NCBI GenBank assembly: GCA_023213395.1 | Contig: CM041465.1 | Coordinates: 141,987,741-142,051,740 of the forward strand | DNA: 64,000 nt | Source of the DNA: Cycas panzhihuaensis | Taxonomy: Eukaryota > Plantae > Cycadophyta | Direction: 5' to 3' | Part shown: positions 36,701 to 50,100 of the stretch, piece after piece | Position numbering within the stretch: the first letter of the stretch is position 1 | Layout of the letters: every line of letters begins with the position of its first letter | Position numbers and translations under genes: made by a program | The notes under the pieces: model-generated | Told to the model about the DNA's origin: nothing | The model's database searches: none | What the model saw: the letters and a program-made list of their open reading frames with translations, nothing else

Positions 36701-39700
36701 TACTTGGTTGGATTATGCCCATGTCGAGGAGCTCATTTGTGAGTTTCTCAATTTCATTCTTTTGGAAGTATGAGTTATGGTAAGGTCGAAGGTTGATAGG
36801 GTCATGGTTAGCTTAGAGGTCAATTGTATGATATAAACCACAGTTGGGAGGGGTAGTGGCAGGCAAAGGGGCAAATACTTATTCATATTGGGTAATGATA
36901 TCTTGGATGTGTGGATGAATTTATGGTGTGATTTGAATATTATTGGGACAGACTATATACCCAAGGTGAGATTGAAGATGACATTTCATACGTCCAAGAG
37001 AGACCACTTAGTTAGGGGGGGATTGCATTCTAAAAATTTTGTGATTTCAACCCATGTGGTCTTTAAAGGCAATGAATGGATTTGTAGGTGAGTTGTTTGT
37101 ACTATAGGTCCTTAGTGTTTGCAACCATTGAATCCCCAAGATAGCATCGAATCCTCCTATTAATAAGGCATAGAAATCTGACACCAAAAGGTATGAGCTA
37201 ATTTAGACTTAGAGATTTTTAATAACCCCTACACAATGGAGTTTCTAGTACCCTGGTAGAGAACATGTGATGCCAATTTTTAGAACAATATATAGGTTGA
37301 GTTATTTGGCTATCAAAACATCGATGAAGTTAAGTGACGTGCCACCGTCGATCAAGATAGATATTGGAGTTTTACGGAGGATGCCTCTAACTCTTAGGGG
37401 TTCAGGGCAGGCAGAGGTGGGGACAACAGATAGAGATACTTTAGGCTGGGGGTCTGGTGTAGGTTCATCATGGGTTTCATCATTAACCTCATGGTCAGAG
37501 TCAAAGTCAGAGGGATCATCAGGGGAGAGGGATGGGTCGATGGAGAAAACCATACGCTGTGCTTTACAAAAGTAACCATGTCTAGAAGTCCATTTTTATG
37601 CACACTACATACAAAGGCCAACCTCTAGACGATGCTATACTTTGGCTTGAGAAATTTGGTCTCTTTTGGTGGATGTGTCATCATTCTAGCAATTAGTAGA
37701 TGGGTGGGTGGAATCATCCTATTAGGCCCGAGGATGTGTGAAGTCACCTTGAGGACAAGAGGCATCATCAAATTGAGGTCGAGGTCATTGGAAGTCTAAA
37801 TGTCGAGTGCGTGAGGACTAAGAGTTATCCTGACGAATAGTTGAGGGTTTGTCGGCTACAAACTCAGCTTCTACTGCACAGGCCCACTTGAAAGCTTCCT
37901 TAAGGGAGTAGATTACCATTGTTTTTAATCTCATCTGAATACGGTCTTAGAGTCCCGCCACATAAATGTCAATCATGACTTGTTTGTCCAAGTTTCGTCT
38001 TTATGGCATGCGATTATATAAGGCTTGAAATTCATTCATGTAAGCCTCTACAGTTGAGGTCTGCTTAAGCTAAGTGAGTTGTGTGAAGAAAGACTGACTC
38101 CATGTGTCTATATATTGTTCAAAGAAATATCTAGTGAAGTGAGATAGTGTTTGGTGAGAGGGATATTCTCGCTTCCACCAGTTAAACTAATGGTGAGCTC
38201 GACCATCTAAGTGGATGGAAGCATATAAGAGTTGGTTCTCTTCTAACATCGGGTGAAGAGTGAAATAGGATTCTAACTTGTTAATCTAGCTTCAAGTGCG
38301 CTCTCTATTCACATCTGGATCAAAGGTAGGAATATTGATTTTATGGTGGAAAAAGGGCTGTCTTGGTGGAGACCCTCCTATATTGCTTCCTTGAAAAGGG
38401 GGAGGTTGGTTGCCTATTGAGTTAGAAGTTCTTGTGCTTCAGGATTGAGGTGGCAACAACTGCTGAAGTTGACTGATAATCTCTTGCCTAGTGTTGTCTA
38501 GGTTAGATTTGGTAGGCATGCCATAAAGTCTTTCACCGACCTTTGTTTTGAAGTTAGACAAGTCGTTAGTCAACTCCAAAATTTTCTCTGTGTGAGTTTT
38601 TGCCATTGGAGCTAAAGAAAGGGATTAAAGAAGTGGGAATAAGTAAAAAGAAGGGAAATAAATGAAGCGGGATACAGTAAGAAAGAACGGGATATAAGAA
38701 TAGGGGGTTATTATAGGGGAAGAATAGGTGAATAAGGGGGATATAGGGTGTCTATAGCCTGTTGACCCCAAATTACATAGGCAAGATATTTGGCCCTTTA
38801 GAAATGGCATAAAAAACTCATCAAGATGGGGTGTATAAGTTTTAAGGTGAATTTGAAGTGGTGGGGAATGGGGGGTGGTGGGACCCATCGATGACTAGGA
38901 ACTAAAAATCATGTAAATTTCTGGTATATGCCAACCTAGTGTAAACTGACTAGTATGATGTGTTGATCAAAATGGGGTATATACTTGTACGGGTAAATTT
39001 TCTCACTATTTTTTTTTTTTTTTTTCAAAATGGAAGGTGACTTGCTATCTAAACTCAGAAGATGTATACCAAAGTATCCTACTAGCCACTAGACGAGGTG
39101 TACTTGGTCTTATAGGCCTGCTAAAAAACTGTAAAAGTTTGGGGCAAGTAGTTTCGTGGCGCTAACTGCTAACCACTGCACTACAATATTTCAGTGGTCG
39201 ATAATTACCTATGCTAGGGAAGGATTGGGACCTAAAGGGATCCTCCTATATACCTGAAGGTACGTGGAGGTGAACTCCCATAGCCAGGTTCTGTCTAGGG
39301 CTTGGCTTAGGAGTGTTACTCTAATCCTTTACGCAAAGGGCGAAGGAGCCATGATGCGCTTAGCTAGAACAACAGATCCCTGTGATATTTAAAGACCCCT
39401 AGTACAGGGTCTCTACCTACTGCTTGGGTAGTCGCCCAGTGGTGTTATCTACCTGGGAAGGAGAGGTAGGAGGGGAAACAAAGGGTAGCCACCCAATGGT
39501 GTTATCTACCCTTGGAATATAACTCAATGCATAAAAAGAAAGTTAGAAACTGAATTGAAAGCAGAAGAAATAAATTGCTTGCGTTACCTCAAGGAAGAAA
39601 TTCCCCTTCACTTCGTGACCTTTAATCTATCCTGCTACTATTCCTCAATCTCCTCAGAGAGAGTACTGGATGAAGGTCTTTCCTCAATCTCTACCTAGGT

Positions 39701-40136
39701 AGAGAGAGTACTCAATCATATAGGAAAAAAAAAAAAAAAAACTTTTTTAGGCAGCTTCCCACAATCATAAATGCGGCTCTGATGCCACTTGGGTTGTTCC
39801 TTCTTATAAATCTAGACTTGTAGGTGTGAAAATCAACAAAAAAATAAAGCTAAAATAACACAAGTATGCAAGCAGATCATAGATAGTAAATCACCAAAAT
39901 GAGTACCGAAGTACTTTATCTTTCAAGATACAATACTCAATGACATTACAAGTGATTTAACCCTTTAAATACACAAGTAAGGAACTTCATCCTTATGATT
40001 CTATTGGTGGCCCTAGTAGCCTTACATCTTATTGGACGACTTAGCAGTCCATACACACATCTTACGAAACACCTTAATCCTTGCTCGTTGGTGGCTCCTA
40101 CTCACTAATGCTAAGGAAAGGTGGGGTTATGTAACA
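33760..40136 (-). mobile_element. Element G: full-length Ty3/gypsy chromovirus (Reina-like) nested antisense in the F leader
   Basis: LTRs 39790-40136 (5') and 33760-34106 (3'), 347 bp each, TG...CA. Perfect TSD GATAA (33755-33759, 40137-40141). PBS reverse complement GCTCTGATGCCA 39776-39787. PPT 34107-34119. Confidence 0.96.
34120..38606 (-). pseudogene. Element G gag-pol with C-terminal chromodomain
   Basis: Protease ILIDGGTSLNFI (37302-37553). [33 protein letters not shown] (36489-36722). RNase H (35793-35993). Integrase MDFITGLP...IDRLTKY (34941-35129). GPY motif (34227-34451). Chromodomain EHLVQWVGCDADEATWES at ~34175-34230. Confidence 0.93.
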
Positions 40137-40776
40137 GATAACACTCTTGAACTAAGCCCTAGATAGATCATGGCTATTGAATGATACCTCTATATACCTT
40201 TAGGTATATAAAAGGAACCCTTTAGGTCTTTAATCCTTCCTAGTGTAGGCAACCTATCAACTATTAAAGTCATCTAATGTAGTGGTTAGTAGTTAGTGCC
40301 ATGAAACTAGCTATCCCAAACTTCTTCATAATAAGTTTATTAATAGGCCTACAAGACCAAGTATACCTTATATAGTGGTTGGTAGAATACCTTGTTACTA
40401 CTCACATCCTACTTCAAATTTTCTACTTCCTGCTCAAGATCTAAAGACACTAAACATCAAACCTTTAATTATCACATTGTACTAATCATTTTCCACTAGG
40501 GTAGTTGTAATCTAAACTTTTAGGGTATATTGGTATATATGCACCCTATGGCTCCCACCACCCAAAATTTCACTTAAAACCCACCTACCATATCTTGACG
40601 AGCTTCGTATTCCCTCACTCAACTCCTAACCTCTTTAAATCCCTTCCCTCTTATATATCCCTATTCCATTACTTTGTTCTTTCTTCCTAATCCTGTTTTA
40701 TGAAATCCTCTTCTCCTATCTTATTTTGCTTTGAATAATCCCATTCTCTTATGATATCCTATGATGATAACCATCA

Positions 40777-43700
40777 ATGGCACCTAACTAAGGTGATAAA
40801 ATCTAAATGCTTAAAAACTATCTCACATATATCAAGGAAGAGTTCACTACCATGAATTAAGAGATTACCAACACTAATGACTAAAATCAAAAAGAATTTA
40901 CAACCAACAAAAGTAATTTTACAAGTATCAAAATTGATCTTGCAAACTTTTTCAAAGCTATTCTAGTAAATAGTCTACTAAGGTAATGCCTCAAATCAAA
41001 TAAGGCTATCCAACTAGTAGTAGGTACCACTACCTGCTCCATTCCAAAGTTATAAATGATAGTAACCCTTCCATCACAAAATTAACATTTCCATATTTGA
41101 TCTAGATCTAAATAAGGATAATGTAAGCAGTTAGATTAGTAAACTCGAGTGATATTTCTAACTCCATCCCATGTCGATTGATAACCAACTCACCTTTACA
41201 TCTATCCATCTAGATGGATATGCTTATCCTTAGTTTCTGTGGTGGTACAAGGAGTACCCTACAAACCAATCCTAAGATTAGTTTTATAAAAGTTTCTTTG
41301 AGTAAAATGAAGACACATGGAACTAAACATTCTTTAGCCAACTTACTCAAATAAGATAGTCCTCAATATTAGAAGTTTTTATAAACAAGTTTTAAGCTCT
41401 CTAGAATAGGATTAATATATAACAAGATCAACTAACCTTAGTCAAAATTTATGTAGTTAGACTCAAAGAATGCATCCTTATGTGTCTAAAAACATCCTTA
41501 CCAAATGCTTTGAGATGGGCTATAAGCATGGCCAAAATAATTGAAATAAAATTCATAAAAGAATACACATTCACCTCTTGATGAGACACACCATAGTACT
41601 ATCACTCTTGTCCAACAGATACACAGTGGCCATGACCTTGATGGAAGGATTGCTAGGAGGATTGTCTTATAATAGAATACCCCATAGTAGAATGAATAAT
41701 AACAAACTAAGCCATAGAATCTAGGCAAGTAATCCTTGTTGAAGTTAATAGATGCTAGGAAGTTGACTTTACATCCAATGTGTAGAAAAGTGAACTATCA
41801 GATATGGTAGGATCTGTACAGAAAAACATATGGTCTTCACCATAGATCTTATAACATTGGTTGATGATTTTAATACAGATAATGAACTTAAGAGAGACCT
41901 AGCCATAGAATCCTCCATTGACCCTGAGCCAGAACCTAAAGTTTCTCTTTCTACTATCTCCTCTATTGTCTCATCTACCTCTTGCTCCAAACCCATTCGA
42001 GTCAAAGGCACCTTGAAGAATACTCTATCACCATCTTGATCAATGGCGGTGCATCACTCAACTTTATTGACATCTCCTTGGCCAGATAACTTAACTTATA
42101 CATAGTGCCAAAAATAGGTTTCACCTACTCCTTACTAGGATACTACAAACTCCATTATGTAGGTCTCATTAAAATCCTCCACATCTAAATTAGAACTTAT
42201 AACATTAATAATTCCCCTATCAATCCATTTATTCTATTCAAATACCACTTTAGATAAACACATAAATTATATGGGCTTCAACTATCTCCTAATAAACTCT
42301 TATCCTTGAAGTAAATGAGTAAGCAACTAAATAGTAGTATTAGATACATAGTCTACCTCAATAATATTTAGCCTTAAGTTGACATTCACCTTAACATCCA
42401 AACCATCCTCACTAAGTATTAATTTATTTTGGACCCACTTTCTAGTAAGCCCCCCCAGCCCCCCTCAAAAGATCGGGGCTTCTACCACACCACTGAAATT
42501 CAAAATCCTCATAATCCCATTAGCCTATGACCTTATCATAACTTTTACCTTTAAAGAATGAAATTGAATAGATCATAATGGAACTCATGGACATAGGGAT
42601 AATACAACCTAGTAAAATCCCTTATGTAACCCCAATTATGCTTGTTAGGAAAAAAGATGGTTTGTTTCAACTCTACATCAATTACTGATAGCTTAACAAA
42701 TTAACTATTAAAAATAAATTCTCCACTCCTAAAATTAATGATATATTTGATGAAATTCATGGGGAATCTATTTTTTCAAAATTAGACCTATTATCATGCT
42801 ATTATCAAATCCTTGTCACTCTAAAAGACCATCACAAAACTAACTTATAAACACACCATAGGAATTTTAAATTTTAGGTTATACCTTTTGAGTTATATAA
42901 TGCCATAGCTATATTTCAAGGTCTAATGAACAAGATCTTTGTTTACTACCTTCATAAGTTCATCATTGTCTTCTTTGATGATATCATTATTTATAGTTTC
43001 CACATATTCGATCATTTACAATATTTAGAAATTACCCTTTAAATTCTCTCCCAATGCAAACTTGTTAAGAAAACCTAGTTCTAAATAACCAAATATAGCA
43101 CCAAGATCTATTCTATTTTGTAATAAGAATAAGATTCGAAATTGTTATCAAATATAAGTATATAAACCAAAGATCATTTAGCACATATATAAGGAAAGCA
43201 TAAGTATTACCAAGTACATTAGATATAATATGGTAAAACCCTAGTAGGATGCTAGGGAAATATCCATACAAGAAAGGTATCAAGCTTTATTGATTGAGAA
43301 TGAAAATTTTTACTACAGCCACCACAAATATCTCACAACAACAATGGTAATAAGCAAATTACCCAATTTGAGTTATATGAGGAGTGTCATAAGAAGGTAT
43401 AAAATCTTAATCATTAGATCTATGGCCTTTTTAATTAACGATCTTAATTCTCTTTACTATTTAGGTTTTGAACCCTAAAATTTTGTTTCGAGGGCATTGT
43501 CCCTAATCCCCTACTAAGGGGGGCTCCATATTTGCCTCCATCCTCCCTAGACCCCCCAACAATAGTAGTGGGGAGGCATGCCCCCCCTTAGATAAAAAGT
43601 AGTAAGGAAAACTATGCTAAATAATAAGTCAAAATTTTAGCTTCCTTATATATTATTCTCATATACCCAATAAAACTCTATACCAAAATGAGTAAATGTG

Positions 43701-45825
43701 AGTTTGGGAAGACTAAACTCTAGTATTAGGGCCATATCATCTTAACTAAAGGAGTTTATATAGACCCTAATAAAATTTTAGTCATTACCATATGACCCAC
43801 CCTAAAGAACCTCACTTAATTATGAGCCTTCCTTGGACTCACAGACTTCTATCACTAATTTGTAAAAAAAAATATGCTTCTATTACTGCCCTTCTAACAA
43901 ATTTACTTTGTATGGACTCCGTTTAGTGGTCCTCTAATACCAAGGACATATTCAACCATCTAAAATCACACATATCTACCACTCTAATATTAGCCATCCT
44001 AGACTTTTCATAACTATTTCAATTCAAATATGATGCCCTAGGAGTAAGCTTAGGAGTTGTCCTCATGTAGAATTTCCATATAATTACCTTCAAAAGTTAA
44101 AAACTTAAAGATCACGAATGTCAACTTTCAACTTACTAAAAAGAGATGAAGGCCATCCTTCATGTAGTTAATAAATAGTGTTAGTATTGACTCGAATATA
44201 ACTTTATTATCTTAACTGATCACCATAGTCTCTATTGCCTCCTTGATCATCCAATCCTTTTTGAAGAAGAATTAAAGTGGGTTGATCACTTCTAATTGTT
44301 CAACTTTACCATATCTTATAAAAAGTGTAAAGAAAATGTCATAGTTGATGCACTATATTACCTACCTTTAGAATCATCTAAGCCCATATTAAAACCCATC
44401 TCTACCCCACAACCTATATGGCTATAAGAATTAGTAGAAGATAACCAATCCCAACTATATTTTACTAAGTGGTTATAAAACATTTAATATAAGAAGGATT
44501 AGACCTTGCACAACACCCATCTTCTCTACAAAAATTAAATCTCCCTTTATTCTTTATATCTTAACTAAGTACCGTACCACTCATTTAGAAGGTCACTTGA
44601 GTTTTGATAAAACCTATCAACGTATCTAATCTAACTTCTACTAGTCTCAAACAAAATCATCCATGCTGATCTTCCTAGTAGAATGTTATATCTACTAATG
44701 TAATAAAGTAGATAAAAAGGATCAACCTAGGCTCCTCTAACCCCTTCAAATTTTGCAAGGCAAATGACAAGATATTACCATTGATTTCATCACAGGCCTT
44801 CCATCATCTACTAAAATGACTCCATTTGGATAGTCATCGATCGACTAACAAAATATACATATTTTCTACCAATCCATATATCCTACTAAGTACCCTACCT
44901 AACTAACATATACATCCAATTCGTTTTTCACCTCCATAGATTTCCATCCATCATAGTTTCAGATTGGGACCCTAAATTCATGTCTTTCTTTTAGTAATAA
45001 CTTTTCCATATAATTAGCACCTCTTTCAATATGAGTTTCTCTTATCATCCTTAGATATATGGCCCATTTGAGGTCCTTAATAGAACTTTTAAGACATATC
45101 TATACTATTTTACCTTAGAACACCAAAATTAATGGACCTCCTAGTTAGTTCTAATAGAATATTGGTATAACTCATCATACCACTCCATAATTGGCATGCC
45201 ACCCTTCATGGCCCTATATGGTTATTCCCCACTTTCTTGTCATACTATGGCCACTAACATGTGAACAACCATGATATAATAGAAATTATAAGTCATGGAC
45301 AAAATCCTAAACACCCTTAACTAAAACTTAGTAATCATTTAGAATCATATTAAGTAACTTATTGACCATCATCGCTCTAATCATTTCTTTTTTGTTGGTG
45401 ATATGGTCTTTGTTTACCTCCAACCCTATAAGTAGCAGTCACTGCATCACAATAAGAATTATAAACTTAATCCTTAATACTATAGTCCTTATAAGATTAG
45501 CTAATGCATTGGTGAAGTTTCTTATGCCCTTAAACTCCTTTCTAATACCAAGATCCATAATGTCTTCCATGTGTCATACCTGAAAAATCTCCTTAGAAAG
45601 TTTATTACCCTACATATCACTCTCCCAATCCTCATTGAAGAGCAACTCCTAATTGTTCCTCCTAATTGTATTTTGGAAACCAAACATCACTATCTCTAGA
45701 ATAGGACCATTTCTAAGCATCTAATGTAATGGACTGGTAGTAAACTTGGGGAAGCAACATAGGAGCTAAATAAATTTATCAAGTAACATCTACATCTAAT
45801 ACACTATGAGGACTCAATATCTTAG
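40777..45825 (+). pseudogene. Element F gag-pol with chromodomain, interrupted by a solo LTR
   Basis: Collinear with G pol: LINGGASLNFID (~42035-42070), RT ~42580-43900 (VFFDDIIIYS), integrase DFITGLP (~44785), chromodomain KHLM*WTGSKLGEAT*E (~45715-45765). Confidence 0.88.
43063..43672 (-). mobile_element. Solo LTR (copia-like) inserted in the F reverse transcriptase
   Basis: Perfect TSD AAACT (43058-43062, 43673-43677); removal restores CKLYTKMSKCEFG. Minus strand starts T(A)TTGGGTATATG and ends TTAACA. Strand is inferred from the termini. Confidence 0.85.
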
Positions 45826-46785
45826 GGGATGGGACTTGTTACATAACTAGTAGTGGTTGGTAGAACTCTTGTAAATGTACTCCTTATTAGTAAAAAGTGG
45901 ATGTTAATATTGACCATTAAAATATATGCGTGAGTTGCTTAGGGCCACCAATAGAAACAAAGAAAAAATGCCTCTCCAATGAGATTCATTTACTAAATGA
46001 ATAATTTAACTATTTAAGGCCTTATAGATGTAAAAAAAGATTAGTCTCGAATGTGAAATTGTTATTGCCCTTTGGTATAATCTTTTGGTGTTTATTTTAG
46101 TGTTCATTATGCTCTTTTTCTATATTCTATATTCTATTTTCTATTTAGGTGTGAAGAAATGCTAGGAAGAACCATATTAATATCCAAGTTTTCAGAAATG
46201 ATAAAATAAGTTCACTAATAAGTTGCAAAGAGAATCTTGGAAAACTTAAAAGAGATGGTTCACTATAGACTTAAATTCCATTATAATGATAGTTTCAAGA
46301 TGACAAGATTTATAGATTTTATTTGGGTCAAATATATAAATAGAAAAATCTTGACTTCTAGATATTATTTTAGTTTGGGTTCAGCTACCATTATATGGAG
46401 TAGTGAAAAATAATCAAATATTGTTTTATCCTCTATTAAATTAGAGTACAAAGTTATAGTTATAGCAGTTACTGAAGTCATTTAGTTATGATAGGTTCTA
46501 GAAAACATGGGATTATAACAACTACAATCAACTATCTTATAATGTGATGGTTAGAGTACTTTAAAGATTATAAAATATCCTGTGTTCCATGCTTGTATTA
46601 AGTATATTAAGGTGTAACATCACTTTGTTTGAGAATTAATTCAAAAAGGTATGATTAAGATAATGTATATGCTAACAAAAAAATAATTGGCTAACACATT
46701 CACCAAACCACTTGTACATGATAGATTCTAGACTCTCAAGGATGGTTTAGGTGTCAAAAAAAATGAAATAAACATTATGGGGGAG

Positions 46786-47141
46786 TGTTAAATATTAATG
46801 TTTGTTTTAAGCTCATCACTTTGGGTTATGAGCCTCCCCTTAATATTTTCATTATATTAGATTTAAATTTTTTTGATATTTTGTGAATGGTGAGTCTATA
46901 GGGGTATAACTCTTACCTCACATATGTCATTTTAGGTAGGATTAATATTTTATCTAATATTATGTTTATATATGTATAGTACATTTATAAAATTCTAAAA
47001 GAAAAGTAAGGGTTAGTGCAATAATATTATAATGAGAGATATTCATTGAAATGAGATTTATCAAATATTTTGAAATCAATTTTCTAGTGTTTGGTAGATT
47101 AATCCATTTGATCTTGATCTCCATTCTATGGAACTATAACA
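46786..47141 (+). repeat. LTR shared by tandem copia I and J
   Basis: Preceded by PPT GGGGGAG and followed by PBS TGGTATCGGATC (47144-47155). TG...CA termini. Homologous to 52999-53076 plus 57518-57799. Confidence 0.88.
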
Positions 47142-50100
47142 TGTGGTATCGGATCCATGTTTGTGATGCAATATCAATTACATTTATTGATTATTATATC
47201 AATTCTTACATACAAACTTGTATACCTTATTGAAAGAATACAACTTATTAAATGAGTATTTTTTGACTGGCTAAAGAGTACACACATGCATGTAGGTAGA
47301 TTAACATATAGATGCACATGTATGTAGGCAGGAAGACTCTATTAAACTATTAGACCGTTATGATCTCTTATGAATGGACCTCCATTTAATTATTGTTGAA
47401 GGAATCTTAGGTTGTAATTATACCTCCAATGAACAAACTTTATTAAGTTACTATGGATTGTTATAGAAAGGTCCTTTGAATAAAATCACTAAAAACTAAA
47501 CTAAAAGAGCTATTGGAAATAATGTTGATAGCTAATGAAGATATTATGATAAACTTTATTAAAGGTCTATGCTGATATAATGATAAATTTTCCATTTAAA
47601 GTAGAAAAAAATGATGAAGATGATAAAAAAGTTATTAAAAATAAATTTTATAAAAACTCTGAAGATGGGATACTAGACTCGATTGAAAAGACAATGTTGA
47701 AACATGTATCAAAAGGTTGTTTTAACATTTAGTAGTTACTTTTATTAAAAGTAGAATATTCTTAAGAATATTCTAAATTACATACTCTAAGATTTATAAT
47801 TATTGATTATAGTCAAATAATGTTTTACTATCCTATATGCTATGCAACTTTTTATATCAACTTGTGTGATAGAACTAGTGACCTATAAATTGAAGGATGA
47901 CTTGCATTGAGTTTTAATTGATTGAAAAAAAAAAATTACAACACCTTCACCTAGGATTGATACCCCACTATTAAATCACAACAACAATGCCCATTATCCT
48001 ACAAATAGAAGCTATAATAAAAAAGGGAAGGGTTCCATTAATACTATAATAGTGGATCAAATACTATGGGAAGGAGAATACCCATGGAAGAGGAACATCA
48101 CATAGAGGGTGTTAGATGGAAAACCGTGGATAAGTAGGAATTCAAACATCAATGTATGAAACACTAGATACATATTTATAATGAGATAGCCATTTCAAGG
48201 CCAAAAGATGCCAGCACATAGATGCTTGCCATAATTAATGAGTAATATGCCTATTTAAGGGCTGTATACACAAAACTAGATGCTATAGTATAAGAATGGA
48301 GTATAAATAAAGAAGCCCAATATCACATATTGTAAAAAGATTTGAAATAGAATCCCAACAAAGGTCAAATAAATATTACATAAGGAGGACAAGGAAGAGA
48401 ACTATTTTTTACCTACCTAATGATGAAGTTTTGCATAAAAGTATTGATAATGACCTATCAAAATAATGCTTAACAGTTCGACAATACAGTGGTAGTAATA
48501 TTTTTAGAAGAAATAACTTTATTTAGTGAAAAAGTAGATCTTTTGGAGGGGTTCATCTATCACCCATGCCTCTTTAGAGAATATTCTATATAAACATTAG
48601 GTTAAAAATATTTTATTTTTTCTAATATTTATATGAAATTAAATTATATTGGGGTCTGTGACTAAGCCCCCTATCTACTAGCACTCGATCACATGGTCAT
48701 TTAGGTATAAGGGCCATTTTTGGACCATAAAATTCCTATTTTGAGAAAATAGATATACTATGGTACTCATTTTTTTGAGATCTACAATTTGGTAATAGTC
48801 ACATGTTATATTTTTGTATATTTTTTTATATTTTTTATTATATTTTGGCTCCCTATAAGTAAATCGAGGTAACAAATCCACTCATACTAGCTACTTGCAT
48901 ATAGATTGAAGACTTTTACAATTTTCTTTCTTTATTTCTATGCTTCTTTGTCTACTTTCTAGTTTATTTTTTATTTACTTTCTATTTAAAATATCTAGTG
49001 AAGGTGGTATAATGGGAATGACCATAGAAAAACTCATAAGTCTTAAGAATTACACTATTTAAAAGCATTGTATGTTTAATTTTTTTCATTTGAATAATAT
49101 ATCTAGAAGTATATAGATATATTAATTAAGAAAAAGGATATTAAAGAGATTATTACATTTAAAACTAATTTTACTATCAATGCTACTTTTATTTTTTAAT
49201 ATCAATTGAATATGTACATCATATTTGGTTTTTTCAGTACACCAATTAATGGTAACATCATCCTACACATCAAAGGAGCTATTATACCATAACAAATATG
49301 GGACATAACCATGAGCATATTTGAATATAAGGATTATGTGAGAGCCCTCAACTTACAAAGTCTGTTATATAACTTAAAGATGACTATGAATATAATGGAT
49401 CATATGTGACATGCGATCAATTTAGGATCAAATGGTGACTATAGGTGAGGTAATTCTTGATTCAAAGATTATTGCCTACATATTGAGAAGTATACTACCT
49501 TAGTATGGGAATTTCACAACCACTTTAACTTTAGTAGATAAATTATCCACCTTAACAATTGGTTCTTTAGAATCATTACTTATTAAACATGAGCAAAAGT
49601 TGAAATATATGCATGGTGTATCATCTAGAGTGTTGTCATCTAGATCAAAAGGGAAGAAACCCTTTGTTCCAAAGAAAAATATGAATTATAAACCTATAAT
49701 TTAAAAGGACAAATAGAGATCTTCGAAGGGATAATATAGGCCAAAGTATTATCATTGTAAAAATTTGAGTCACATCAAAAAGTATTATTAGAAATGGTAG
49801 TGTTAGAAGTGTTCATAACAATAGCATCTACCCCAATGATAACAACCATCTATTTAATATGGTCATGTTTTAGATGCAACAAAGAATATAATTATTAATA
49901 TTTTAAAATGATTATTTATTACAATATATAAAATGGGTTTTAATACACACGATATCTGGTTTATTAATTTTGGTATATTAAGACACATGACTAAAATATT
50001 AGAATGGTCCTTTCAGATGTGGGAAGTGAATTAGAAGGTTACCATTGAGTATGACACTAATATGGAGGCCATAGAAGTTAGAAAAGTATCAATCATCATA

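Larger units (their letters stand above)
32941..46179 (+). mobile_element. Element F: Ty3/gypsy chromovirus (Reina-like), degenerate, containing G and a solo LTR
   Basis: LTRs 32941-33272 and 45837-46179. TSD GTATT/ATATC (ancestral GTATC restores the host MVSKF). PBS TGGTATCAAAGC 33275-33286. PPT AGGGGATGGGAC before 45837. Confidence 0.9.
27305..47141 (+). mobile_element. Copia I (3' part: integrase C-terminus, RT, RNase H, LTR), host of G1, E and F
   Basis: Three pieces: 27305-27757 (KSMKYILVGY...YKVY), 31993-32940 (RT, HMDVKSALLNGDLNEEVYME...LYINDLII) and 46185-46785 (RNase H). PPT GGGGGAG ends at 46785. LTR 46786-47141. Confidence 0.88.

Noticed and set aside
34876-37575. Plus-strand ORFs as independent genes
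   Set aside because: They are antisense shadows of the G pol. The same applies to 3762-3980 and 5230-5550 in B, and to the minus-strand ORFs at 41498-42011 in F.
43274-43286. PBS relic GGTATCAAGC in the solo LTR
   Set aside because: Short match, on the opposite strand to the inferred LTR orientation, and not preceded by a CA end.
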